IMG/VR virus record: IMGVR_UViG_3300034656_000087
Reading direction: 5' to 3' (one strand)
DNA from: an uncultured virus (IMG/VR IMGVR_UViG_3300034656_000087)
Taxonomy: Duplodnaviria > Heunggongvirae > Uroviricota > Caudoviricetes
DNA length: 64,000 nt
Part shown: in pieces, positions 46,708-55,866 of the stretch
Layout of the letters: each line of letters starts with the position of its first letter
How positions within the stretch are numbered: position 1 is the first letter of the stretch
Made by a program: the position numbers and the translations under genes
Notes under the pieces: generated by a model
What the model saw: the letters and a program-made list of their open reading frames with translations, nothing else
What the model was told of the DNA's origin: nothing
Databases searched by the model: none

Positions 46708-47520
46708 ATGTTGCTACGCCAAGGGGCCATTGGCCCAAGTGTCACCGCGCTGCAGCGCGAACTGAAATCCAGCGGTTACCCGCTAAGCATCGACGGCCAC
46801 TTCGGCCCGCAGACCGAGCAAGCCGTGCGCGGCTACCAGCGCTCACAAGGCCTGGTCGTTGACGGCATCGCAGGGCCGAAAACCCGCGCCGCACTGCACG
46901 GCCAGAAAAATGAACGAATGCTGCGACAAGTAGACCTTGTCGACGCAGCGGATCGGCTGGGCGTTGAGCTGGCGGCCGTCATGGCAGTGAATGAAGTAGA
47001 GAGTCGCGGCAGTGGCTTTCATTTTGGAGGGCCGCGTAACGGCGCGCCGGTGATTCTGTTTGAGCGCCACATCATGCGCCGCCAGTTGCAGCACCACGGC
47101 ATTAACCCCCTGCCGTACCAGCGCGCCCAGCCCGATATCGTCAACGCCAGCACCGGCGGCTATGTCGGCGGCTACCGCGAGCACAGCCGCCGCGAACGCG
47201 CGGGCGAGATCCACGCCGCCGCCTCGATTGAATCTGCAAGCTGGGGGCTATTCCAGATCATGGGTTTCCACTGGAAGCGCCTGGGGTACGAGTCCGCCGA
47301 AAACTACGCCGCCGACATGGCCATCAATGAAGCCAACCAGCTAGATGCATTTGTGCGATTTATCGAAAAAGACAAGGCGATTCATGCTGCACTTAGACGC
47401 CACGACTGGGCAGACTTTGCAAGCCGCTACAACGGCCCCAACTACGCCGCCAACGACTACGACACCAAGCTAGCCGCAGCCTACCGCCGCCACTCACAAG
47501 GCTTGAGGCTGGCGTCATGA
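46708..47520 (+). CDS. Endolysin: PG-binding domain plus N-acetylmuramidase (DUF3380)
   Basis: DG.FGP.T..AV..YQ...GL..DGIAGP.T; VESRG.GF, ILFERH, SWGLFQIMGF, YNGP.Y. Confidence 0.93.
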   Translation: MLLRQGAIGPSVTALQRELKSSGYPLSIDGHFGPQTEQAVRGYQRSQGLVVDGIAGPKTRAALHGQKNERMLRQVDLVDAADRLGVELAAVMAVNEVESRGSGFHFGGPRNGAPVILFERHIMRRQLQHHGINPLPYQRAQPDIVNASTGGYVGGYREHSRRERAGEIHAAASIESASWGLFQIMGFHWKRLGYESAENYAADMAINEANQLDAFVRFIEKDKAIHAALRRHDWADFASRYNGPNYAANDYDTKLAAAYRRHSQGLRLAS

Positions 47521-47867
47521 GTAAGCTCAACATCCTAGCCAGCGCCGCCGCCCTAGCCGCCACCTTCGCCGCTGGCTGGCAGGTCGCCCACTGGCAAAAC
47601 GAAAGCCAACAACTCACCGCTGAGCGCGCCGCCCAACAAGCCATAGATGCGGCAATGGCGCGCGAATCAGAGATCGCCGCCAACGTCGAGGCGCGCCTAG
47701 CAGAGCTGCAGGCCAATGAACGGGTAATCGATAGGGGAATCATCCGTGAAATTCAAAAGCCGATTTACCAGCGCGTGTGTCTTGGCCCTGACGCTATCCG
47801 CCTGCTCAACCACGCCGCCGCCGGAACCCAGCCCGAAACAACAGAACCTAATGAAGCGTTGCCCTGA
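47517..47867 (+). CDS. Inner-membrane spanin (Rz-like)
   Basis: N-terminal TM plus coiled coil; after the endolysin. Confidence 0.8.
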   Translation: MSKLNILASAAALAATFAAGWQVAHWQNESQQLTAERAAQQAIDAAMARESEIAANVEARLAELQANERVIDRGIIREIQKPIYQRVCLGPDAIRLLNHAAAGTQPETTEPNEALP

Positions 47868-47988
47868 AACGCTGCCCTACCTCACCGACGGCACCGGCGG
47901 CGATGTCACGCTCACAATGGAAAGCTGGGCCAGCGAGTACCACGACTGCGCAACCCGTCATAATGGATTAGTGGAAGCCCTGCAATGA
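47746..47988 (+). CDS. Outer-membrane spanin lipoprotein (Rz1-like), overlapping Rz
   Basis: Lipobox LSAC, Pro-rich linker, Y.DCA.RH. Confidence 0.8.
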   Translation: MKFKSRFTSACVLALTLSACSTTPPPEPSPKQQNLMKRCPETLPYLTDGTGGDVTLTMESWASEYHDCATRHNGLVEALQ

Positions 47989-48470
47989 TCAAGCTCCAAT
48001 CCCTACGTCAGCACCTGCTTGCCGCAGTGCCCGAGCTAAAGCGCAACCCTGAGCAGCTCCACACCTTCGTGAACGATGGCAAAGTGAAGTTTTCGCGCGG
48101 CACCAACCTGAGCCACCAGTACACGGTCGACGCTCAAATCATCATCACCGACTACAGCGGCAGTCTCGATACGGTCATGGTTCCGCTGCTGCAGTGGCTC
48201 AATACCTATCAGCCGGATCTCATCGAAGATGAGGCGGTGCAGATCGAAGCCGAAATTCTCAGCAACACCCACTGGGATCTCGCGCTGACTGTTCGCCTCA
48301 CCGAGCGCGTCGTCGCCAAGGTCGATTGCGACACCGGCCACATCAATGCCGAGCACCGAATGCCGGAATACCCCGCCGATGCCTGCCCGGCCAAAAGCTG
48401 GCAGCTCAACGTCAGGCACCCGGGCGACGACAGCTATACGCAGGAAGCGGCATGGGATAGCCCGGCATGA
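47985..48470 (+). CDS. R: Tail completion protein
   Basis: K..SLR..L, PLL.WL...QPD, LTERV. Confidence 0.9.
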   Translation: MIKLQSLRQHLLAAVPELKRNPEQLHTFVNDGKVKFSRGTNLSHQYTVDAQIIITDYSGSLDTVMVPLLQWLNTYQPDLIEDEAVQIEAEILSNTHWDLALTVRLTERVVAKVDCDTGHINAEHRMPEYPADACPAKSWQLNVRHPGDDSYTQEAAWDSPA

Positions 48471-48922
48471 GCGACGAATTGCAGCAGCTAGACAACTGGC
48501 TAACGCCGCTAATCGAAAACCTCAGCGCCAAAGAGCGCCGCGTGCTGGCAAGAGAGGTCGCGCGGGATCTACGGCTCGCCAACCGCGAGCGTATCAAGGC
48601 GCAAACCAGCCCGGATGGCACGCCCTACGAGCCACGCAAAGAGTTGCGCGGGCGAAGCGGTGCTATCCGCCGAAAAGCCATGTTCAAAAAGCTGGGTACC
48701 GCTAAATACCTCAAGATCAAAACCACCGCCGATGAAGCTGCGCTGGGCTTTTTTGGCCGTGTCGCCCGCATCGCTCGGGTGCACCACTACGGATTGCGTG
48801 ACCGCGTCGAACCCGGCGGGCCTCAACATCAGTACGCCCGCCGCGAACTGATCGGCATCACCGCAAAGGATGCCGACCGCATTGCTGAAAGCGTGCTGAA
48901 CCATCTATCGCCGCCCGGCTAG
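48467..48922 (+). CDS. S: Tail completion / virion morphogenesis protein
   Basis: Q..PDG.PY.PRK, MF.KL, ARIARVHHYG, RELIG. Confidence 0.92.
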   Translation: MSDELQQLDNWLTPLIENLSAKERRVLAREVARDLRLANRERIKAQTSPDGTPYEPRKELRGRSGAIRRKAMFKKLGTAKYLKIKTTADEAALGFFGRVARIARVHHYGLRDRVEPGGPQHQYARRELIGITAKDADRIAESVLNHLSPPG

Positions 48923-48933
48923 CGCCCGCCGCT

Positions 48934-48993
48934 TGTACTGCATGGCTGGCACAACGCCCGCCGCTACCCATACGCGCGCAAGGCTCCCACCAT
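48934..48993 (+). promoter_or_regulatory. Late promoter pV with Ogr-type site
   Basis: TGT-N14-ACA then -10 CACCAT, 7 bp before the V ATG. Confidence 0.75.
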
Positions 48994-49000
48994 TGGCGGC

Positions 49001-49567
49001 ATGAATAACGCCGCCGAACTACTCCGCCTCATCGAGAACTTGATCCGCCTCGGCACCATTGCCGACGTCGATCACGAAGCCGCCCGCGTGCGCGTCAAAT
49101 CCGGTGAGCTGCTAAGCGCCTGGGTGCCGTGGCTAAACGGGCGCGCCGGTACCACGCGCGATTGGAATCCGCCCACCGTTGGCGAGCAGTGCGTACTGTT
49201 CTCGCCCGGCGGCGATACCGCCAATGCATTTGCAACGCCGGGGCTATTCCAGCAGGCCCATCCAGCGCCCTCGAATAATCCGGCGTTAATTGGCCGCTGG
49301 TACCCAGACGGCACGCGCGTTGAATACGACCACGAAAACCATCGGCTGCTAATTCACTGCGTGGGCGACATCCATCTCGAAGTGAAAGGCAGCTTAACGG
49401 CAAATGTCGGTGGGGATATGAAAGCGACCGTTAAAGGGGTAGCCACCGTCGACGCCAAAAGCATTCACCACAACGGTGGTAGCTCAGTGGTAACCACCGC
49501 CCACGTTTGCCACTTCACCGGCAACCCGCATGGCGATGGCAGCTCAACCGTAACGGCAGGCAAATAA
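49001..49567 (+). CDS. V: Baseplate spike protein
   Basis: NLIRLGTI, RAG...W.PPTVGEQ, PDG...EYD; His-rich tip. Confidence 0.93.
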   Translation: MNNAAELLRLIENLIRLGTIADVDHEAARVRVKSGELLSAWVPWLNGRAGTTRDWNPPTVGEQCVLFSPGGDTANAFATPGLFQQAHPAPSNNPALIGRWYPDGTRVEYDHENHRLLIHCVGDIHLEVKGSLTANVGGDMKATVKGVATVDAKSIHHNGGSSVVTTAHVCHFTGNPHGDGSSTVTAGK

Positions 49568-49569
49568 TC

Positions 49570-49767
49570 ATGGCACTCAGCAAAAGCGCGCTAAAAAGCC
49601 GAATCATTAGCGAAATGAAGGCCCAAGGGGCTACGGCCGCCGGTGAGCATAGCTGGGTGAACCGCATGGCCGAAGCTATCGCCAACGCAGTCGTCGATGA
49701 AGTGCAAAGCAACGCAGAAGTACCGGTAACCGGCGGCTCGTCAGCGGGCAACTACAAGGTGAAATAA
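49570..49767 (+). CDS. Small hypothetical baseplate-region protein
   Basis: ATG 49570; MALSKSALK...AIANAVVDEVQSNA. Confidence 0.7.
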   Translation: MALSKSALKSRIISEMKAQGATAAGEHSWVNRMAEAIANAVVDEVQSNAEVPVTGGSSAGNYKVK

Positions 49768-49769
49768 GC

Positions 49770-50105
49770 ATGGGCATGAGCGCACAAACAGGGCGAAAGC
49801 TAGAAGGGCTCGATCACATTCAGCAAAGCGTTGCGGACATTATCACCACGCCCATCGGCTCCCGCGTCATGCGGCGTGAATACGGCAGCCTAGTGCCCGA
49901 GCTGCTCGATATGCCCATGAGTGACGCGCTCATGATGCAGGTCTACGCGGCCACTGTAATCGCAGTGACTCGCTGGGAGCCTCGCATCCAGATCACCGGC
50001 GCGCGCCGCACGGTAAGCACCCAGCAGCCCGCCGCTGCCGTTATTGAGCTGATCGGAAAAACCGCCGCAGGCGAGCCGCTGAGCATAGGGGTGCCCATTC
50101 AATGA
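49770..50105 (+). CDS. W: Baseplate protein W (gp25-like)
   Basis: HIQQS..DI.TTP.GSRVMRREYGS, WEPR. Confidence 0.93.
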   Translation: MGMSAQTGRKLEGLDHIQQSVADIITTPIGSRVMRREYGSLVPELLDMPMSDALMMQVYAATVIAVTRWEPRIQITGARRTVSTQQPAAAVIELIGKTAAGEPLSIGVPIQ

Positions 50106-50983
50106 GTCGCGCCGATCTGATAGACCTGTCGAGATTGCCTCAGCCTGAGTTCACTCAGACGCAGAGCTATGAAGAGCTGCTCAGTGAAATGCGCGAAGAG
50201 CTGGTCGCGGCCATGCCCGAAAGCCACCGCGAAGAGATCGCGGAAACCCTGCAGCTAGAAAGCGAGCCGCTCACCAAGTCGCTGGAATATGCCGCCTATC
50301 GCGTCATGGTCGAACGCCAGCGGTTTAATCATCGCAGCGCCCGCCTAATGCTCGCCTACGCAGAGGGCGAAGAGCTGGACCATATTGGCGTCACCTACTA
50401 CCAAACCCAGCGCCTGGGACTACAAACCGAAGCGCCCGAAGAGGACGCCAGTTACAAACGCCGCTTGCTGCTCGCCTACGACGGCTACAGCACTGCCGGT
50501 TCGCGTCAGTCATATATCTATCACGCACTGTCCGCCGATGCCGATGTGCTAGATGCCAAGGTGGTGGGCAATACGGCGGGCATTGTGCGTATAGCAGTCC
50601 TGTCTCGATCGGGCAACGGCGTACCGGCTGCATCGCTCCTCGCCCAGGTTGAAGCGGCGCTTAGCGCCGAAACCGTCCGCCCGCTCAATGACCAGGTCGA
50701 CGTGCTGCCCGCCGACGTCATCGAGTATGAGATCCGCGCGTCAATCCGCGTTAAGCAGGGCCCTGCATCCAGCGTGGTGCTCAACGCTGCTCAAGCAGCA
50801 GCGGCTCAGTACGCACAAGATCGCCAACGCCTGGGGCTGCCCATCATTCGCGACGCGGTGCTCGCCGCGCTGTGGGTAGAGAGCGTCGAACACGTCGAGT
50901 TGCTGTCGCCACTGAACGATATCGCCCGCACCGATATACAGGCGGCGCACTGCACGCTGGTCGAGGTGACGAATGGCGACTAA
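50102..50983 (+). CDS. J: Baseplate protein J
   Basis: IDLSRLP.P, LESEPLTK, STAG...Y.YHA.SAD, VRPL.D.V. Confidence 0.93.
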   Translation: MSRADLIDLSRLPQPEFTQTQSYEELLSEMREELVAAMPESHREEIAETLQLESEPLTKSLEYAAYRVMVERQRFNHRSARLMLAYAEGEELDHIGVTYYQTQRLGLQTEAPEEDASYKRRLLLAYDGYSTAGSRQSYIYHALSADADVLDAKVVGNTAGIVRIAVLSRSGNGVPAASLLAQVEAALSAETVRPLNDQVDVLPADVIEYEIRASIRVKQGPASSVVLNAAQAAAAQYAQDRQRLGLPIIRDAVLAALWVESVEHVELLSPLNDIARTDIQAAHCTLVEVTNGD

Positions 50984-52358
50984 GCGCAGCATGCTGCCGC
51001 CCAATGCCACCAGGCTAGAGCGCGCCTTCGAAGGTGCTACAGACAAGCTGCGCGCACCCGACGTGCATGCGCTGTGGAACGCTTACGACTGTGAAGAGCG
51101 TCTACTGCCATGGCTGGCGTGGGCGATGGGCGTCGAGGTGTGGGACGACGCATGGCCAGTGTCGGTAAAGCGCTCCACCATCGCCGCTGCAATGAAAATC
51201 GCTCGCCACCGGGGTAGCGTCTGGGCCGTAAAAGAGGCGCTGGTTGCCGCCGGTTACGCCGGGGCAGAAATTGAGGAAGGCTTACCGCCGCTCAGGCATA
51301 ACGGCGCGCAGCTGCGCGACGGCCTGGAAACCTATGGCGGCGGCAACCGCTGGGCCATGTTCCGCCTGATCGCGGATCTGGGCGAAGATAAAGGTGTCTC
51401 GGGAAAAGAGCTGGGCCAGCTCACCGAGTTAGTCAACAACGCAAAACCCGCCCGTTCACAGCTAACTGAAATCGAGTACCGCGCAAGTGTGGCCGACGTG
51501 GCCGCGCCCGCCGAGACAAGTCAGGTCACGGCAAGGCCTCAGTTCAGCGACGTGCGGCCCGCCGGTCGCCGCCGCGACGCCAGCTTGCTGAGAAGCAATG
51601 CCGTTAAGTCGCCACCTGAAAGCACTTACCGCAATGGCCTGTGGGCGCGCAATAGCGAAATTAACCGCACCGGCGTTAGCCCGTACTACCAGTGGGAAGT
51701 CACCGGCGAAACCCGAGAGAACCGCTGGGAAGCCACGGCAGTCGCGGCGGCTCATGTGTTCCATGATCGCCCGGCGGTAGCAGATCCGCGCCGAACCGGC
51801 AAAGCCCAGCGCGATGGTGCCTTTGTGCATGGCGCGTCGCTGCCGTGGGCGTATGACCGCATTGCCGTCACCGCTAGTCCCGCGCTATCAGACGAAGCCG
51901 CCCCCAGCGAGCAAAGCGCCGCCAATGCTGCTCACCAATTCAGCGACGTTCGGCCAGCAGGCCGCCGCCGCGATGGCAGCCTAGCCCGCCATAACGCCAC
52001 CCAGCTACCGCCCGCGCCCACGCGCCGCGATGGCCTATGGATGCGTAACGCGCTGATCAACCGCACCGGTGTTAGCCCCTATTTTGGCTGGGAGATCACC
52101 GGCGAAACCCGCGAAAACCGCTGGGAAGCATCGCGGGTAGCCGTAGCGCAAGAAATAAGGGAAGCGCTTTCTGCCCCTTCGCTGCCGCGCGATGCCCGCT
52201 ATCGCCGCGATGGCCAGCCCAAGCGCGGTGCGCCGAATCCGTCAGCGCTAGAGGCGGCAACGCTCATCATAAGCCGACGCCAGCGGCGAAACGCCAAACT
52301 GGCACGCAATGCCGCCGCGCCGCGCGTGGCGAACTACCACCAATCACTAACCATGTGA
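50973..52358 (+). CDS. I: Tail protein I with long Arg-rich duplicated extension
   Basis: LPPNAT.LE, LLPWLAW...V..W, H..RG...AV; C-terminal 132-aa duplication. Confidence 0.88.
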   Translation: MATKRSMLPPNATRLERAFEGATDKLRAPDVHALWNAYDCEERLLPWLAWAMGVEVWDDAWPVSVKRSTIAAAMKIARHRGSVWAVKEALVAAGYAGAEIEEGLPPLRHNGAQLRDGLETYGGGNRWAMFRLIADLGEDKGVSGKELGQLTELVNNAKPARSQLTEIEYRASVADVAAPAETSQVTARPQFSDVRPAGRRRDASLLRSNAVKSPPESTYRNGLWARNSEINRTGVSPYYQWEVTGETRENRWEATAVAAAHVFHDRPAVADPRRTGKAQRDGAFVHGASLPWAYDRIAVTASPALSDEAAPSEQSAANAAHQFSDVRPAGRRRDGSLARHNATQLPPAPTRRDGLWMRNALINRTGVSPYFGWEITGETRENRWEASRVAVAQEIREALSAPSLPRDARYRRDGQPKRGAPNPSALEAATLIISRRQRRNAKLARNAAAPRVANYHQSLTM

Positions 52359-52365
52359 GGCAGCT

Positions 52366-52803
52366 ATGCAGCTAAAAGACACCGTCGAGCCGCGCGGCGT
52401 GCTGGAAATCACCGTCTATCGAGACGGCCAGCCCATCGAGCAGTGGCGCGATGAAAACCTAATCGTCAATGGTGCCCGAGAAATTCAGGCCCAGCGCCTG
52501 GCGGGCGAAGGCGAAGGCCGCCATGTGGCGCGCATTGGCTTTGGCGAAGGCTCAAGCCCAGCAAGCCCCAACGACACCGGGCTAACGGGTGCCTATACCC
52601 GCGACCTGGTGGGCCACGACTACCCGGCCACCGGCGAAGTGCGGTTTCACTTTGAGCTAGCTCGAAGTGAGGCCAACGGCAAGATGATTCGCGAGTTCGG
52701 GTTAATCGCCGCAGACGGCACGCTGTTTTCGCGAAAAGTGCGCGGCGTCATTGAGAAGTACGACGAAATCAGCCTAAGCGGCACCTGGACAATCATTTAC
52801 TAA
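52366..52803 (+). CDS. Tail-collar-like hypothetical protein
   Basis: NLIV.G, EANG..IREFGL...GTLFSR, ends W.I. Confidence 0.7.
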   Translation: MQLKDTVEPRGVLEITVYRDGQPIEQWRDENLIVNGAREIQAQRLAGEGEGRHVARIGFGEGSSPASPNDTGLTGAYTRDLVGHDYPATGEVRFHFELARSEANGKMIREFGLIAADGTLFSRKVRGVIEKYDEISLSGTWTIIY

Positions 52804-52815
52804 GAGGAAAAGGCG

Positions 52816-53691
52816 ATGGCTAACGTCCCAGAGCAGTCGCAGTGGGAAAGCGGCATCTATCAGTTTGAGGAAACCGATCCCGTACAGGGCGGCCCCGACG
52901 GCATCGACAACCTGCCCAATAAGCAGCTGGCCAATCGCACGCGCTACCTGCGCGATTGGCTAGACCGCCTGCAGCGCTCAGTAGACGCCGTAGGTGCCGA
53001 AGGGCAAAACGCCCTATGGATCGCGGTAGAAAATAACGCCTCGATGGTGGGCTTGCTCGAACAGGAGTTGCAGCGACAAAAGTTCGTGCGGCACCAGGAG
53101 AGCGAGTTCGTATTGACCAATCGCGGCATTATTCGCGGCTGTGGCCTCACGGCCTCCACGGGCGCGACGCGGAACCTGAACATCGCCGCCGGCGCTGTGT
53201 TTATGCTCGGGCGCGAGTGGGGTGTCGCGGCAAAGGACAATGCCGCCAGCGTGCCCAACAACACGACAGCCACCACGGGGACCGCCTACGCCTACTTGTA
53301 TGTGGGCGCAATCGGCATGGCACTCAGCGTCACCAGCCTGAACGAGCAGGCACCCAGTGATGCTCTGGTGCTCGCCAGCATCACAATCCCGGCGGGCAAT
53401 ACTGGCTCAAACGACCCGAATCTGAGCAACGTCACTATCACCACCACCGCACGCACTGAGCCGGACTGGCCCTGGGTGCAGTCTAGCCCTGCGTATCAGC
53501 AAGTAGATTTTGCGCGCGTGATGGCATCCGCCGGGTACCACCTGACGTTTGACATCACCGCGCATGACGGCGAACGGCCTCAGCTAATCGCCAACGATAA
53601 CGACCGCGCCGCCAACACATTTCGCGCTTACCTCAGTGGCAGTGCGGACAACGTCCGCGTGCGCTACGTCGCCCACTTGATGAACCAATAG
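52816..53691 (+). CDS. Tail fibre proximal/adaptor-like protein
   Basis: W..GIYQ.E.TDPV.GG.DG..N...KQLANRT.YL N-terminus typical of phage fibres. Confidence 0.75.
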   Translation: MANVPEQSQWESGIYQFEETDPVQGGPDGIDNLPNKQLANRTRYLRDWLDRLQRSVDAVGAEGQNALWIAVENNASMVGLLEQELQRQKFVRHQESEFVLTNRGIIRGCGLTASTGATRNLNIAAGAVFMLGREWGVAAKDNAASVPNNTTATTGTAYAYLYVGAIGMALSVTSLNEQAPSDALVLASITIPAGNTGSNDPNLSNVTITTTARTEPDWPWVQSSPAYQQVDFARVMASAGYHLTFDITAHDGERPQLIANDNDRAANTFRAYLSGSADNVRVRYVAHLMNQ

Positions 53692-53701
53692 GAGTACGAC
53701 C

Positions 53702-54022
53702 ATGCAAATCAAGACTATCGGCCAAGGCCCGCACCCGGATTTTTCTATTAATGACATCGTCGTCACCGTCGCAGGCGTGGCGATTGACGTCGCCGCCCGC
53801 CAAGGCGATGCCCAGGAGGTGATTGATGTTCGCACCTCTGGCGGCGTTGCTCAGGAAGGCGGTGCCGGTTACCAGCTGGCCAGTATCGTGATTCCGCCTC
53901 GCGAATACATCCAGGTAGAAGATGAAACCGCTACCGGCATGGAAGGCGAGGACAGCACCACGCGCGAACCAGTGCCGCTGGATACGCGCCGCGTGCAAGT
54001 CACTATCTGGCCAGCCATCTAG
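53702..54022 (+). CDS. Hypothetical tail-associated protein
   Basis: SD AGGAG; I.IPPREY...PVPLD...V..WP. Confidence 0.7.
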   Translation: MQIKTIGQGPHPDFSINDIVVTVAGVAIDVAARQGDAQEVIDVRTSGGVAQEGGAGYQLASIVIPPREYIQVEDETATGMEGEDSTTREPVPLDTRRVQVTIWPAI

Positions 54023-54061
54023 GCGCAACCTAACACCCGCTAACTGAACCCAGGAGTCACC

Positions 54062-54997
54062 ATGTCTATTATCATCGCATCGCCCGATAGCCTCCGCGCC
54101 CAGGTCGAAGCCGCCACCGGCGGGAAGGTCACCGTGCTCTATGACGACAAGGGCTTCCCGTCCTATATGCACGTGATCCCCAAATTCCGCTATGAGGATC
54201 TGGGCTTTGACACAGAGATGGGTACCGGCGTGGCGTCGGCCTTCGTCAAGGGCAACACCGAGCTATCAGAGATCTTTATTGGCCAGTATCAGGCCAGCGT
54301 ATTTGATGGCCGCGCCGTCGCTTTGCCGGGTCGTGACCCGCGCGCCTCAATCAACTACGACGATGCCAAGGCGTCATGTGAATCAAAAGGCGCTGGCTGG
54401 CACCTCATGAGCATGCACGAATGGGCAGCGGTAGCGCTCTGGTGCAAGGCTAACGGCGTGGAGCCGCGCGGCAATACCGACTACGGTCGCGCTCACGATG
54501 CCACCCACGAAGTGGCACGCCGCCAAGACGCCGGAACGCCTGGCGTAACCGAGGGAGCCGCCCGCACCCTCACTGGTTCCGGCCCGGCATCATGGCGCCA
54601 CGATGGCACGCTAGGCGGTATCGCTGACCTGGTCGGCAACGTCTGGGAATGGCAACATTTGATGAAGATGGTCGATGGCCGCGTATTCGCGTCCCCTGAT
54701 AACGACTACACCCGCCCCGAAGCCGAGTGGCAAGATACCGGTATTGACCTGGATGCCGGCGGCGATTTCAGCACCAACACCGTGGTGGGCAACGAGCTGA
54801 CCAACCGCCTCTTGATTACCCAGGCAGGCGTTACCCTACAGGGCCGCATCTCCACTAGCCTGGAAGGCGAGCGCTTTCCGTTTCGTGGGGGCAACGCGGA
54901 CGACACCGGCAATGCTGGCCTGGGCGCACTGTACTTGGGCAACCCGCGCTCGTACACGGCTACGACCATCGGGTTCCGCCCCGCTTTTGCACTCTGA
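54062..54997 (+). CDS. Mtd-like C-type-lectin/FGE-sulfatase-fold adhesin with DGR-like variable C-terminus
   Basis: GWHLMS..EW, DLVGNVWEW, RGG......AG..AL.L...RS.....GFRP. Confidence 0.85.
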   Translation: MSIIIASPDSLRAQVEAATGGKVTVLYDDKGFPSYMHVIPKFRYEDLGFDTEMGTGVASAFVKGNTELSEIFIGQYQASVFDGRAVALPGRDPRASINYDDAKASCESKGAGWHLMSMHEWAAVALWCKANGVEPRGNTDYGRAHDATHEVARRQDAGTPGVTEGAARTLTGSGPASWRHDGTLGGIADLVGNVWEWQHLMKMVDGRVFASPDNDYTRPEAEWQDTGIDLDAGGDFSTNTVVGNELTNRLLITQAGVTLQGRISTSLEGERFPFRGGNADDTGNAGLGALYLGNPRSYTATTIGFRPAFAL

Positions 54998-55023
54998 CAT
55001 CTGAAACCCTGAGTATCTGAAGG

Positions 55024-55041
55024 GCCCGGCGATAGCCGGGC
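55024..55041 (+). promoter_or_regulatory. GC-rich hairpin downstream of the variable region (DGR homing hairpin-like)
   Basis: GCCCGGC-GATA-GCCGGGC with no U-tract. Confidence 0.6.
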
Positions 55042-55105
55042 TTATGCCAAGAGTAATGCAAGAACACATTGATCAAGTGCTATTCGGCTGACAGCCATAG
55101 CATTA

Positions 55106-55732
55106 CTATTTAATTCTTGTCACCAAATTTTTTAGCTGAGGAATTTTGATAACAAAAGGCTTAGGCTTTGCTTTTGGCTTAAAGAAAACAGCGCGTACTT
55201 CTTTCTGATGGGAAAAGAAATCCTCTTTTATCTGTACAGGATGCGTCCGGTCATTGTAGTGAATTACTCTTCCAACATATTGGCACTGCCACCACCCCAT
55301 GCAAAAGACCAAGGGCATGAATGCTCTCCAAATGGCCGCCATGAATGCATGAGGATCATCTATGCGTACACATGCATCGTAATTACTGGAAAGATTTGCT
55401 CCTACCTGTTGATCTCCTACGGTTGAAGTGCAGTAGATCCAACAATCAGGCGAGGTTTCCTTGCTTTGAAGTCTGACATTTTCAAGGGCTACTGTTCCTC
55501 CGTTATCGACTTTTATAAACCGATCGATAAAAGGGTGATTCTCGCCACCTTTTAGTACAAGTGAATCAATATCAAGATACGTTTCTCGCATTCCTTCTTG
55601 AGTATCTAAAACACCTTCGCCGTGTTTCTCGAAATCACGATACTCATAAAGAGTGCCAATTCGTACCTCTCCCTCTTCCACCAGGCGATCGGCAAAGTGA
55701 CTCGGTAAATGCTTGAACAGTACTTGATGCAT
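55106..55732 (-). CDS. AT-rich moron, possible ADP-ribosyltransferase-like fold
   Basis: SD AAGGA; opposite strand to the operon; LFKH...YCTS...HQKEVR. Confidence 0.75.
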   Translation of the reverse strand: MHQVLFKHLPSHFADRLVEEGEVRIGTLYEYRDFEKHGEGVLDTQEGMRETYLDIDSLVLKGGENHPFIDRFIKVDNGGTVALENVRLQSKETSPDCWIYCTSTVGDQQVGANLSSNYDACVRIDDPHAFMAAIWRAFMPLVFCMGWWQCQYVGRVIHYNDRTHPVQIKEDFFSHQKEVRAVFFKPKAKPKPFVIKIPQLKNLVTRIK

Positions 55733-55806
55733 AACAATTCCTTATCCGATTATCAGGCCTAGCCTACCGTCTTCGGCTATTTTTGCCTAACCATGCACTC
55801 AGCCTC

Positions 55807-55866
55807 TGTTCCGAGTCCCCGGCACAACGCCCGCCGCTACCCTCCCGCGCGTAACGCTCCCACCAT
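55807..55866 (+). promoter_or_regulatory. Late promoter pF with Ogr-type site
   Basis: TGT-N14-ACA and -10 CACCAT; closely similar to pV. Confidence 0.75.
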
